Of a stretch of DNA of 64,000 nucleotides, positions 1 to 12,929 are shown piece by piece. The notes beneath the pieces were generated by a model that saw only the letters and a program-made list of their open reading frames with translations, was not told the origin of the DNA and ran no database searches. Positions within the stretch are counted from its first letter, which is position 1. Each line of letters opens with the position of its first letter. Made by a program: the position numbers and the translations under genes. This DNA comes from Chrysomallon squamiferum (taxonomy: Eukaryota > Animalia > Mollusca): contig CM022669.1 of the NCBI GenBank assembly GCA_012295275.1, positions 1,550,001 to 1,614,000 on the forward strand, read 5' to 3'.

Positions 1-269
1 GACAATAAAAAATGTATCAATATATAATTTCTTATACTTTAGTTTCAATTTCTTTTCTTATTTTCTTTTTTCTTCTTTTTTTCTTTTTTTGATAATTTAT
101 TAATTATTTCAGTGAAATGACTTCTTAAGATTAAAGTATGTCAAAGGAAAAAAAAAAAAAAATTAAGAATGTTTCTATGATAAGAAATTATTTAATACTA
201 ATCAGTTATTGTTTTATTTATTAATTATCATGTAATAAATTAATTAATATTATTTTGTTTTTCTCACAG

Positions 270-439
270 ATATAATTCTGGGGCTAAAAGTTTCACTGAC
301 ATCAACCAAACATTTATCTGCGTCCATTGATGCTGTTGTTATTCAGAATTCTCTCTGGAAGGCTGGGAAACCACAGCAACATCAAAGAAAGTCTATTAGG
401 AAGACGTACATCTCACAACACACATCACCATCGTCCTGA
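270..439 (+). CDS. Probable terminal coding exon of a gene starting upstream of the window (product unknown)
   Basis: Pyrimidine tract + CAG acceptor at 267-269. Open frame (phase-1 entry) xIILGLKVSLTSTKHLSASIDAVVIQNSLWKAGKPQQHQRKSIRKTYISQHTSPSS* ends at TGA 437-439. GC is higher than the flanks, and ~3.5 kb of UTR-like AT-rich sequence follows. Confidence 0.55.
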
Positions 440-2571
440 CATCATCAGCAGCTGCAGCAGTTGTTGACTGTTTACATCATTGTCTTGGTTACAATTCTAA
501 ATGACAAATGTTTTTCTCAATTTATATATATTTTGTTTTTTTTTTGTTTACTGTTGTTGAAAATATACTATTTCTTTTCTTAATTTCCAAGTTTGAAAAA
601 AAATAAAAAATTATTCTTTCACTTTTTGTTATAGTTTGTCAGATGCATATAATTTGATATTACAGTTGTTTGTGTAGTCTTTCAAAATATCTAAATATCT
701 GAAAAAATATTTCATACTTAAACAGAATTTGCTTTTGTGAATTTTTTATATTACCTTTCTTTTATTTATTTATTTATTTTTGTTATATAACCAGGAATAA
801 GATAAACAAAAAGATATATTAGAAATATCACACCTAATATATTATTATTACTATGTGGGTAACAAAGAATAGATAGTCTAAATATGAAAGTTGAGTTCTA
901 GAACTGAATGATAAAAATATCAACATTGAAAAATCAGAAATTATTTGAAATAATATTTTATTTTTGATCATCATTTTTTCTTTGTGGACCATATTGCTTC
1001 TCTATTACATTTTCTAAATATTTGAAAATTTGTCTTTTATGATGTACATGAAGAAATTCATGTCATGTTACTTTTTTTGTGATGTCCCATACATTATTCT
1101 AGTATTTTTCACTGTTAAAAAACTATTAAATTTTGCTATAGTTCTGCTTTTCTGAAAGATACTTTAATAGAAATATGCTGATTTTAAATGTGCTAACTGA
1201 AACATTCTAATTTATATATTCTAAATGGGACATCATAGTTTGTATTTGCCAGTTAAAATTTTATAGTATCAATAAGGCAGTCAGAAAATGTTATTTTAAA
1301 GATGTCATTTGAAACATGCTTATTTAAATATGCTAATTTAAATAAATTTGTATTCATTTAAATTCTTGTATATATCTAGAAATGATGAGCTTAAAATAAT
1401 CAATCATTTTCAGAACATTCCGATGTTTTAGTCACAGGTTGTGAAATCAAATCTGTGATGAACACAAGATATTTCAAGTCACTGTGTGTCTGCTGCAAGT
1501 TTTGTCAGATGGTCTCATAGAAAGAAATATTTTAGATCATGGTTAATTAAAGCTTGTCATTTAAAAAAAAAAAAATTAAATGTAGTCAAAACGGATTTAA
1601 TCCTATAAAAATGGGTTACTGCATATTGCTTCTTAATTATAAATGACTTATTTATTTTAAAAAAAAGAGTTACGTTTTATAACTGTGGAATTTTCCAGTT
1701 CTGTTTCATGATGAATTTATGTTCTGTAGTGCTAAATGTTAAAGAAAAGGAAATTTCAAAGTAAAACTAAAATGTATGGCTACAGAACTCAAGTTTCATT
1801 TCACTTTCATACTATTTACATCCATAATGGATGCATGATGAACATTCATAACTATACAGATTATATATAAAACAAATTCATTTTTAAAAGTATTTTAGTT
1901 ATCAACTTAGAAACTAAACCATAGAGAAATCTCTAAACACGTATCATTTTGAATCATTTTAGATTGATAATAATATTTAGTAAATTCATCCTTATTATAT
2001 CCTTAAAAAAATAGTAGATTACATCAAAATAATAACTAGAAAAATTTACTAATTACAATTTTCATGTAAATTAACACAATTTCATTTAGCTAAATGTAAA
2101 GATGTATGTAAAAATATTAATAAAATAATCAACATCTTTTAAAGTAAATTATTATTGTTATTACTAATATGAATAATTTTAATAAGACTAAGCTGATAAT
2201 GTTTTTGATTTACTACTTGCAGACAAGCGTTTTATTTACAGAAGTTGAAATGTGTATTTGCCTACATTTAATTAACAGAGTTATACTAAATGTTTTTCTT
2301 CTAGTCAAGATAAGTATATAGTGAAAAACTGCATTTTTTAACAACAATGTAAATTTTTGTCACTTAATTTTACTGTGGATCTCATAAAAGCTTGTAGATT
2401 TATAACTGGGTTTCTTTGTCCTTGTGGATTTGTATATTATTTATTACAAGTCACAGACATCTAAAATACATATTTACACTGATTCATTTTTGTAATTGTT
2501 TTTTTCATTATACATTTAATCACATTAAACATTTTTACTTAATTTTATTTGTTTCTACTTTTTGTATTGTG

Positions 2572-2679
<108 letters not shown>

Positions 2680-3032
2680 TGTAACAACATTATGGGTGAT
2701 GTTGATCAAACATCTGAGAATTGTTTGTGTGATTACAGCTTTATTAGCAAACTCTGACTGGATTTTAGAAGTGTTTACTTTTTTGCATTTTGTATTGTGT
2801 TTGCATTGAGTTGTAATTCTTAGAGTTGGCTTCCATTATTTGTTTGAATTATTGTGTGTTTTTTGTGTTAAAACTGATATTCTGTAAAATACTTCAAATT
2901 TTAACACAAAGATCTGCAGAAATTCTTTTTCTTCTTCTTCTTCTTTTTGTTCTTATTATTATTATTTCAAATTCTGTGCAAAGGTGTAAAATAATATTCA
3001 TAGCTTCATTATTAACTATCCTAATAGTAATG

Positions 3033-3034
<2 letters not shown>

Positions 3035-3088
<54 letters not shown>

Positions 3089-3089
3089 C

Positions 3090-3146
<57 letters not shown>
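3035..3146. repeat. (ATT)n microsatellite
   Basis: Direct read of the sequence. Confidence 0.97.
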
Positions 3147-3147
<1 letters not shown>

Positions 3148-4105
3148 TTTAAATTTAAAGAAAAAATCAGTAGTATTATTTTCTGGGTGTCTTGTTTTAA
3201 TAAAACTGTTAATTAACAATAATTAATAACATAAAATATAATGAGAAAAGTCATGTATGATGTATAAAATAAATAACTGAATAATTAGTAAGAAAATGTG
3301 GTAGTTAAATCTAATATTACACTTGTTTATGTTGTAGTTAGGCGGTGTAGATTAAACTAGGGCTTTTCTTATTTTATATCACCTGGTAGTTTTGCACTTT
3401 TCTATTCAAGTAAATCTTCTTCATATTTTATAAAATATTTGTTTCACTTAAAATATATTATTAAAATGTGTAAAGATTTAAAGGTAAAAGGAAAGCAGAT
3501 AACACAATGTAAAACAAGTATTTTCATCATGCAGATTTTCCTCTTTTTTTTTTGATTATTGATATTATAATTAAGTCTATTAATACTTGTCACTGTTTCT
3601 GGTGTTATTCAGGACAAAATGAAGAGAATGGCTGTGTAATGAAAAAGGAGACAGAAAGTTAAAGTTCAGAAAACAGTTTATATGACAAAGAAATGAAACA
3701 ACTGGACTGTATTTGCTTGACTAGAGAACATGTCACCTCTTTTTCACAGAATTATTATACTGGAATTAATGAAGGAACTGAAATGAGTAAAGATGAATTC
3801 ATTGTCTGATTCATTGTCATTTTTATATAAGCATAAAAAAGGCCAACAAAAAACACCTGATTAAATCTAATTACTGACAACATTTCTTTCTGAGAAAAGT
3901 AAATCCTCTCAACATCTCATCCTGTGTTTGCCAGAGGATTGACTTAATTCTGTTTCTAAGAGAAAAAATGAATTTGTATCTGGTTTCATATATTACTGTG
4001 AAAACATTGCCAACTTTCTTTATTCCTTGTGCAGTGCATAGGCTATATGTTTCAACTCAGGTTTTAGTATTTCTGTGTTTATAATAGGAAAGGTTAGGTT
4101 TAGGG

Positions 4106-4148
<43 letters not shown>

Positions 4149-4249
4149 AACAAACAAACAAAACATTAAGGTTATTATTAGCAGTTCCCTCTTGGGTAGG
4201 TATATATTTAAATATCTACTTACATCAAAAAGGCCTTTCATATCAAACT

Positions 4250-7200
4250 TTGTACGTAAATAATTACCTATGTAAGCAAGTAAGCTAGCAAGTACGTAAA
4301 TACTTATCTGAGTAACGAAGTAAGCTATGAAGTACGTAAATAATTACCTAAGTAATTAAGTAAGCTAGTAAGTACGTAAATTAGTGCCTAACTAAGCAAC
4401 TTAACAATTAGGTACTTAAAACATTACCTAAGTAAGAAAGAAAGCAAGTAAGTACGTAAAAAGTTATGTAAGCTAGTAAGCTAGTAAGTACGTAAATAAT
4501 TATCTAACTAAGAAGGAATGTATGTAAGGAGGTAAATAATTACCTTAGTAAGAAAGAAATTAACTAAGTAAGTTAATAATTGCATACGTAAGCAAATAAG
4601 CTATTAAGTACACAAATAATTACCTAATTAAGGAAGAAAGCAAGTAAGTACGCAGATTATTACCTAACGAAGCAAATAATCTAGTACGTACGTAAATATG
4701 TATCTAAGTAAGAACGAAAGAGAGGAAGTTCATAATTATTTATCTAATCAAGCAAGGAAGCAAGTAAATACGTAAATAATTATCTAAGTAAGGAAGAAAG
4801 AAAGTAAGTACGTAAATTATTACCTAAGTAACGAAGAATTCTAGTAACTACGTACATAACTACCTAAGAAAGCAACTAAGATAGTATGTACGTAAAGGAT
4901 TACGTAGCAAAGAAGAATGTAAGTACTTAAATAATTACGTAAGTAAGGAAGAACTCAAGTAAGTTCGTACATAATTACCTAAGAAAGTGAGAATGTAAGT
5001 AAATACATTAACAATTATCTAAGTAAGAAAGAAAGTACGAAACAACGTAAATAATTACTAAGTAAGCAGGTAAGGTAGTAAGTACGTAAATACTTTCCTA
5101 ATAACGAACGATAGATAGTTAGTATATAAATAATTACCTAACTCAGCAACAAAGAAAGTATTACGTAAATAATTACGTAGGTAAGGAAGAAAGCAATTAA
5201 GTAGATAAATAATTACCTAACTAAGCAACTTAACAATTACGTAGTTAAATAAATACCTAAGTAAGAAAGGAAGCCAGTAAGTACGCAAATAATTACCTAA
5301 GTAAGAAAGAAAGCAAGTAAGTATGTAAATAATTACGTAAGTAAGAAAGTAAGCTAGTAAGTACGTAAACACTTATCTGAGTTACGAAGTAAGCTATTAA
5401 GTATGTAAATAATTACCTAAGTAATCAAATAAGCTAGTAAGTACATAAATTAGTACCTGAGTAAGAAAGAAAGAAAGTACAAAATTAGTTACCTAACTAA
5501 GCAAGGCAGCTATTACGTACCTAAGTAAGAAAGAAAGCAAGGAAGTACGCAAATAATTACCTAAGTAATGAAATAAACTAATAAGTTCGTAAATAGGTAC
5601 CTAAGTAAGAAAGAAAGAGAGTAGGTATATAACTAATTACCTATCTAAGCAAGTAAGCAAGTAATTAAGTAAATAATTACCTAAATACGAAAGAAAGCAA
5701 GTAAGGTCGCAAATAATTACCTAAGTAAGCAAATTAAATAGAAAGTACATTAGTAAGTACTTAAGAAAGAAAGAAAGCAAGTAAGTACGAAAATAATTAT
5801 CTATGTAAGAAAGAAAGTAAGTACGAAAATAATTAGCTAAGTAAGCAATAAAGCAAGTAAGCACATAAATAATGACCTAAGTAAGCAAGGAAACAAGTAA
5901 GTAAGTAAGTGATAATGTAAATAAGTACACTGACAATTATCTAAGTTAGAAAGTAAGTAAGTACGTAAATAATGAAGTAAGTTAGCAAGGAAGCGAGTGA
6001 ACAAGTAAATAGAAACTAATTAAGTGAGAATGTAAGCGACAACAAAGTTATCTAAGTAAGAAAGAAAGTAAGTAAGTACTTAAATAATGACCTAAGTAAG
6101 CAAGGCAGGAAGTAAGTAGGTAAATGAGAATGCAAACGAATATATTAACAATTATGTAAGTAAGAAAGTAAGTAGGTACGTAAACAGTAACCTAAGTCAG
6201 TGAGAATGTAAGTAAGAACAATAACACTTATCTACGTATGAAAGAATGTAAGTAAGCACATAAATGAAAACCTAAGTAAGCTAGGAAACAAGAAACTAAG
6301 TAAGTGATACTGTAAATAAGTAAGAAAGTCTATGTAAGAAAGTAAGTAAGAACGTAAATAAAGACGTAAGTTAGCAAGGAAGCGAGTATCTAAGTAAGTG
6401 AGAATGTAAGAAAGAACATTAACAAATATCTAAGTAAGAAAGTAAGTAAGTACGTAAATAATGACCTAAGTTAGCAAGGAAGCGAGTCAGCAAGGAAATA
6501 GAAATCTATGGAAGTGAGAATGTAAGTAAGTACATTAACAATTATCTCAGTAAGAAAGAAAGCAAGTAAGTACGTAAATAATGACCTAATTAAGGAAGGA
6601 AGCAAGTAAGTAAGTAAGTGAGAATACATGTGAGTACATTAACAATTATCTAAGTCAGAAAGTAAGTAAGTACTTAAATAATGACCTAAGTAAGCAAGGA
6701 AGCAACGAACTAAGTAAGTGAGAATGGATGTAAGTTCATTAACAATTATCTAAGTAAGAAAGTAAGTAAGGACGTAAATAGTAACCTAAGAAAGTGTGAA
6801 TGGAAGAACATGAACACTTATCTAAGAAAGAAAGAATATAAATAAGCAAGTAAATACTGACCTAAGTTAGCAAGGAAGCGAGTCAGTAAGGAAATAGTAA
6901 CCAATGGAGGTGAGAATATATTACATTAGCAGTTATCTAAGTAAGAAAGAAAGTAAGTCAATAGGTAAATGTGGTCCTAAGGAACGAAGGAAACAAGAAA
7001 CTATGTAAGTGAGAATGTATGTAAGTACATTAACAATTATCTAAGTAAGAAAGCAAGTAAGTAAGTATGTAAATAATGACCGAAGTAAGCAGGGAAACAA
7101 GTAAGTAATTAAAGGAGAATGTAAGTTAATGTTACATTAAGAATTATCAAAGTAAGAAAGTAAGGATGTACGAAAATAATGACGTAAGTTAGCATGGAAA

Positions 7201-8690
7201 CGAATAAGTAAGTAAATAGTAACCTAAGTAACTAAGAATGTAACTTAGTACATAAACAATTATGTAAGTAAGAAAAAAGAAAGTAAATAGGTAAATAATG
7301 ACCTAAATAAGCAGCAAAACAAGAATATATGTAAGTGAGAATGTAAGTTAGTATGTAAGTGAGAATGCAACGAAGTACATTAACAAATATCTAAGTAAGA
7401 AAGTAAGTAAGTTCGTAAATAATGACCTAAGTTACCAAAGAACAGAATCAGTAAGTAAATAGGAACCTAAGTAAGTGAGAATGTAACTAAGTACATTAAC
7501 AATTATCTAAGTAAGAAAGGAAGTAAATAAGAATGGAAATAATGACCTAAGTTAGCAAGGAAGCGAGTCAGTAAATAAATAGTAACCTAATTCAGTGAGA
7601 ATGTAAGTAATTACATTATAAATTATCTAAGTAAGAAAGTAAGTAAGTAAGTTCGTAAATAATGACCTAAGTAAGCAAGGATTCAAGAAACTAATTAAGT
7701 GAGTATGCAACTTCGTACATTAAAAATTGTCTACGTAAGAAAATAAGTAAGTCCATAAATAATGACATAACTAAGCAAGGAAGCGAATAAGTAAGTAAAT
7801 AGTAACCTAAGTAAGTGACAATGTAACTATGTATATTAACAATTACCTAAGTAAGAAAGAAAGTAGGTCCATAGATAAATAATTAACTAAGTAAACAGGG
7901 AAACAAGTATCTAAGTAACTGAGAATGAAAGTTAGTACATTAACAAATACCTAAGTAAGAAAGTAATTAAGTGCATAAATAATTACTTAATTTACCAAGA
8001 AAGAGAGTCAGTAAATAAGTAGTAACCTAATTCAGTGAGAATGTAAGTAAGTACATTAACAATTATCTCAGTAAGAAAGTAAGTTCGTAAATAATGACCT
8101 AAGTTACCAAGGAATCGAATCAGTAAGTAAATAGTAACCTAAGTAAGTGAGAATGTAACTAAGTACATTAACAATTATCTAAGTAAGAAAGAAAGTAAAT
8201 AAGAATGCAAATAATGACATAAGTTAGCAAGAATTCAAGAAACTTATTAAGTGAGAATGCAACGAAGTACATTAACAATTATCTACGTAAGAAAGTAAGT
8301 AAGTTCGTAAATAATGACCTAAGTGAGCAAGGAAGCGAGTCAGTAAATAAATAGTAACCTAATTCAGTGAGAATGTAAGTAAGTACATTAACAATTATCT
8401 ACGTAAGAAAGTAACTAAGTACATAAATAAGGACCTAAGTAAGCAAGGAAGCGATTAAGTAAGTAAATAGTAACCTAAGTAAGTGAGAATGTAACTATAT
8501 CCATAAACAATTATCTAAGTAAGAAAGAAAGTAAGTAAATAGGTAAATAAGTACCTAAGTACGGAGCGAAACAAGAATCTATGTAAGTGATAATGTAAGT
8601 TAGTACAGTAAAAAATATCCAAGTAAGAAAGTAAGTAAGTTCGTAAATAATGACCTAAGTTACAAAGGAAGTGAATCAGTAAGTAAACAA
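4250..8690 (+). repeat. Purine-rich satellite: 40-bp unit (~AAGTACGTAAATAATTACCTAAGTAAGCAAGTAAGCTAGT) changing to a ~100-120-bp higher-order unit
   Basis: TACGTAAA recurs at 4253, 4293, 4333 and 4373 (40-bp period). In the right half GTGAGAATG-type motifs recur at 7475, 7595, 7699 and 7815 (104-120-bp spacing). Confidence 0.93.
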
Positions 8691-8760
8691 TCATATTTCA
8701 TTATTGACGAATTTACTTACTTACTTACTTACTTAGATAAGTTAGTAAATAATGACATAA

Positions 8761-9070
8761 GGTGTTGACTGGGATACCACAGCACCAAATCTGAAATTTT
8801 AGCCCAATCGAATTTTTAGATTTTTGGCAAAAATGGGTGTGACCACCAACCTTAGAATCCTCATATCTCAGGAACTACTGGGCCAAATATTGGAGTACAT
8901 TGACCTTGTGACCTTTGCTATGTCCTTGAAATTGACCGTTTGGATCACGTGACCTTGAGATGACCTTTATTGAAATTTAATCTCCCACATGTTAACTAAA
9001 ACATATAAAAGTTTCCTGGGTGTAATATTTTTTGTTTAGCCACAATACAGATTTAAAACATGCACATACA
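8761..9070. mobile_element. Non-autonomous element segment flanking the satellite, possibly Helentron/HINE-like
   Basis: Repeated TGACCTTG/TGACCTTT motifs and a 'catatctcaggaactactgggcc' block, which I recall from invertebrate interspersed elements that carry internal tandem arrays. Family not verified. Confidence 0.35.
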
Positions 9071-9489
9071 TGAAAATAACACCTTTTCAGCCATTAACAT
9101 CTGATTAACTAAAACCTGAATGATCAATTCTGGATGCTAGGAATCACCATCTTTCTTGATCATCGAGTAAACGGTCGGGTTTAAATTTATTTATTTTTGG
9201 GGGATGATTTGACATGGAATGACCCTTAAATAATTTTTTCAATAATTCAAACTTTTCTTATAAAAAAAAAAAAAAGAAACATTTTCAACACATTAATTTA
9301 AGATCAGTTTCGAAATGAAGATCTTCTTCCTGTTTTCGATTGGAAGGTGATCAGAAACAAGTGTTACCACTTTATCTGTGAACATAAAACTTTGAAAAAA
9401 GCTTATGAAAAACACAATGTTAAAAGAAACCTCTATGGCAGATGTCCTTGTTTGCTTCCATCTCGAAGGACATCGCAGAAGAGGCTATA

Positions 9490-10220
9490 CTGAATGGGGA
9501 TGAGGCCCGAAAAGTCAAGTTCCGACTTTATAGGTAATTAATAAGATCTAAATTGGATTATGGATGCGCTGTGTATGGGTCAGCATTGTGTATGTGTATG
9601 TGTATATGCTAGATCCCGTACACAACCAGTGATTTAGGCTTTGTCTTGGTGCATTGAAAGCATCTGTGCAGAGCTTGAACGTTGACGCACACCAGCCTTG
9701 TTTGGATGCTAGACGTGCGAAGCTTTCTCTCCAGTATGCTGCTAAGATAAAATCTTTACCAACACATGCTGCACATGACACGATATTTTACAACAAATAT
9801 GTGAGGTTGATGCAAGGCCGAATGCCATTAAAACATTTGGTTTTCACATCAACAGATTTTAATTGCTTCCAACATTGATTTTTCAAACATTTGGAAACAC
9901 CTACGCATTTTGTTCTGAGAAATGATAGCACAGATCCTATTATATATCATCAATTTTTCATAGAAGTAAAAGAAAGATTCCATGATTTTATCCCTGTTTA
10001 TACGGATGGATCGCGGGATGGATCTGTGGCTTTTGCTGCAGTTTTTCCGTCGGACAGTGCGATTCGGCTTCGGTTTTCACTGCTGAAATTCAGACCATTC
10101 TTAAAGAAACGAAACAATCATTTGCATCCAAATGCATTATTTTCACAACCTCACTTTCGTGTCTTCCCGCTTTACAGAACATGCATTTGGATCATCCCTA
10201 GATTGCGATGGTTATACGAA
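9490..10220 (+). mobile_element. Degenerate non-LTR retrotransposon fragment (I-group LINE: RT C-terminal region + RNase H)
   Basis: IRSKLDYGCAVYGSA at 9541, then LDPVHNQ*xRLCLGA, SVQSLNVDAHQPCLDARRAKLSLQYAAKIKS, and the RNase H motif VYTDGSRDGS. Stops and frameshifts are present. Confidence 0.85.
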
Positions 10221-10284
10221 AATGATTCGTATGAGACTCAAATTTACCATACTGATAATAAACAAACAAACAAACAAACAAAAA

Positions 10285-10335
<51 letters not shown>

Positions 10336-10719
10336 ATGTTTATAGAAACAAAACTAAAAAAAAAAAAAAAAACTGGTTTGCATGAAACTATTACCATGCT
10401 AATAAATATATAAATAAATAAATAACACGCCTTATACTGTATGATAAAAATATTAAAATGAACAATTGCTACCGCATATGAAATTTTCGAGACAAAAAAT
10501 ATTTTTGACATAAACAGAAAAGCTTAACTATGGCGCTACGGGAAGAAGGGGGAATTTATTTTTTAGTAAGATTTTAATGACTCTTATGCATAAAGCTGTT
10601 ATTATTATCAAGATGTGTCTGGGTATTTTGGTGACAGCTTGTAATTAATGCTTTAACTAGTTTCCTCCGATGATATTTTATTATATCACGAATCCACAGT
10701 GAAAAGAGTTTACATGTTA

Positions 10720-11145
10720 CTGCACGTGAGAAACGTGACAACGCATTAACTGAAAATAACAACTTCCGACGCCAGCTTTAAGTAGGTTTTCGTTGGTTGG
10801 TCACCTGATCGGCTTGAATCGCCATGAAAGAAATAACACATCGTTCAAAACGATATTACGGTAACTTTTATGATTTATCTTTGGCAGTAAAATTTCTTTC
10901 AGAATCACTAGTTATTTCTGTGAGTATAGAAGCAGTTAGGCGATTTAAATATGACTTTAAAAAAAAACAACATTTGTTAGTATTTTATTTTACAGAGAAG
11001 TCAGTAATCGCGAGTCTAATTTCAAACAAAAATTCGTCAGTTTAATGGGACTGAAACTTTTTGGATGTATATTTTATAGTCATAGTATATATTTCCAACG
11101 TGTAAAGCGCAGAATGTGTTCATTACATACATTCAGTTTCGTGGT
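10720..11145 (+). promoter_or_regulatory. CpG-enriched putative promoter / 5' exons of a spliced transcript
   Basis: Local CpG enrichment, a CACGTG E-box and CGCCATG at ~10820. Donors GTGAGT (10920) and GTAAGT (~11143); acceptor TTTTACAG (~10995). Confidence 0.35.
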
Positions 11146-11409
11146 AAGTCAACTACATTATTTCACAGTAGATAGTAATAATGTTTTAGCTTGTATTCAC
11201 TCGACATCAACAAAGTAAACCTACATATCAACATTCTCTGTATCATTGCATTTCACTTACAAAACAATTTATTTTATTTTCAATATGAATTCTAGAATGA
11301 AGATTCTTCCATAAATCGGCAGACGTTTTCACAAGAAAGAAGAGAAAAACGCAGATAAACCAACATAAGATAAGTACATAAACAAAACTGACGGGTTATT
11401 TAATAAAAA

Positions 11410-11412
<3 letters not shown>

Positions 11413-11482
<70 letters not shown>
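11413..11482. repeat. (AAT)n microsatellite
   Basis: Direct read of the sequence. Confidence 0.97.
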
Positions 11483-12929
11483 TAGTAGCGTTCATTTAAG
11501 ATAGATAGAAATAGAAAAAAGTAGCTTACTGATAGTTGTCTTTAATCTAAATAACTGGTGTAATTAAAGCACTAATTTTCTTTTAAATATTTCGTCAGAC
11601 TAATTAAGATTAAAATTATACCAACTGTGAAACAACTGATGCAAAGATCACACCAGACTGAGCTAAATCATTTCATCATTGCAGTCGTATTTATTTATAT
11701 AAGAAAATACCCCAAAGTAGATTAAACACTTGTATTATTAGTTACAATTTATTTAATTGTTATTAAAAGTTCCTATCGTAATCTCAAAAGCAAAACACTT
11801 AGTTCCAACTGTTGGAAAGGAGAAATGACAAGCAGGGATATTATGAAATTGAATATTTAAAAATTTTAAAAGTTGTATAACTCGATAAGATATCAATGAT
11901 TTGCTTTGCCCGTAATATTATTGATATTTTGATGAATCAATAGAATTGTTACTGATACCACACTGCTGTAACCTGTAAAAGAATTTTATTCTTGTATGTT
12001 TTGTTTGAAAATATGGCAGACATGTTAGAGATTAGCTGCTCCCTTATCTTTAACAGACTTGCCCAAAATCCATGGAGTAATTAAACATAACTAGTTATTA
12101 TGTCAGTGGATGTTAATATCAGGTCTGTTTGTTTATCCGTTCATAAAGTTAATTTCTTTCATTTCCTGCTTTGTCAAATTTCCTTTTTCTTGGAATGGAT
12201 ATCTGTATAAAAAGTAAAAAAAAAAATAAAAGAATGAGGAACATGTCAACATGTCATTCATTACACTCCATCATCAAATATCAAATCATTGTTTTGAGCT
12301 GGTCTGATACATAACATTCCTTTCATCTAAAATCATTAAGATTTTAAAAAAATGTATTTAATTTGTAGTAATTAGATTTATCCATCTTGATTATTATATC
12401 TAATTGTTTCGTCATCTTTCACAGTCTCGACTAAATTACCAGTAGGAAATGGTGAATTGGAAAACTGCAAGATTGTAGCTGATAATTTAGTGGAGAGGAT
12501 GTTGGTTTCTACAAGAACCAGTACAGAAACAGAAAACCAATGTTCTGAAATAAACATTTAACTATGGAGCAATTAAAACGTATTTAAAGTATAATAAATA
12601 AATGTAAGCAAGAAAGTCATAAAAATAAATTATCTCTAATCTGAAATTGTGCTTGTAAAAATTTGTATAATTATTTTTATAAGATAAAATATATATATAT
12701 ATATATATAATTAACAGTGATTAAACAAAATTGAATATACACCAACATATATTATTCAAATACTTTTCATGATCACCATACTTTAAATTTTCAGCAGGAA
12801 ATGCTATAAAGATCATGATGATCATCATCATAATAATAATAATACGTACATCACAAAAATAATGAAGTCACATCAGTAACAACTACAACATCAACTTCAG
12901 TCAATAGAATAATAAGTAATAATTTTGTA

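Noticed and set aside
4092-4147. GGTTAGGTTTAGGGG plus an A-run as a telomeric seed or retrocopy tail
   Set aside because: Only two imperfect units, with no TSD or adjacent poly(A) signal.
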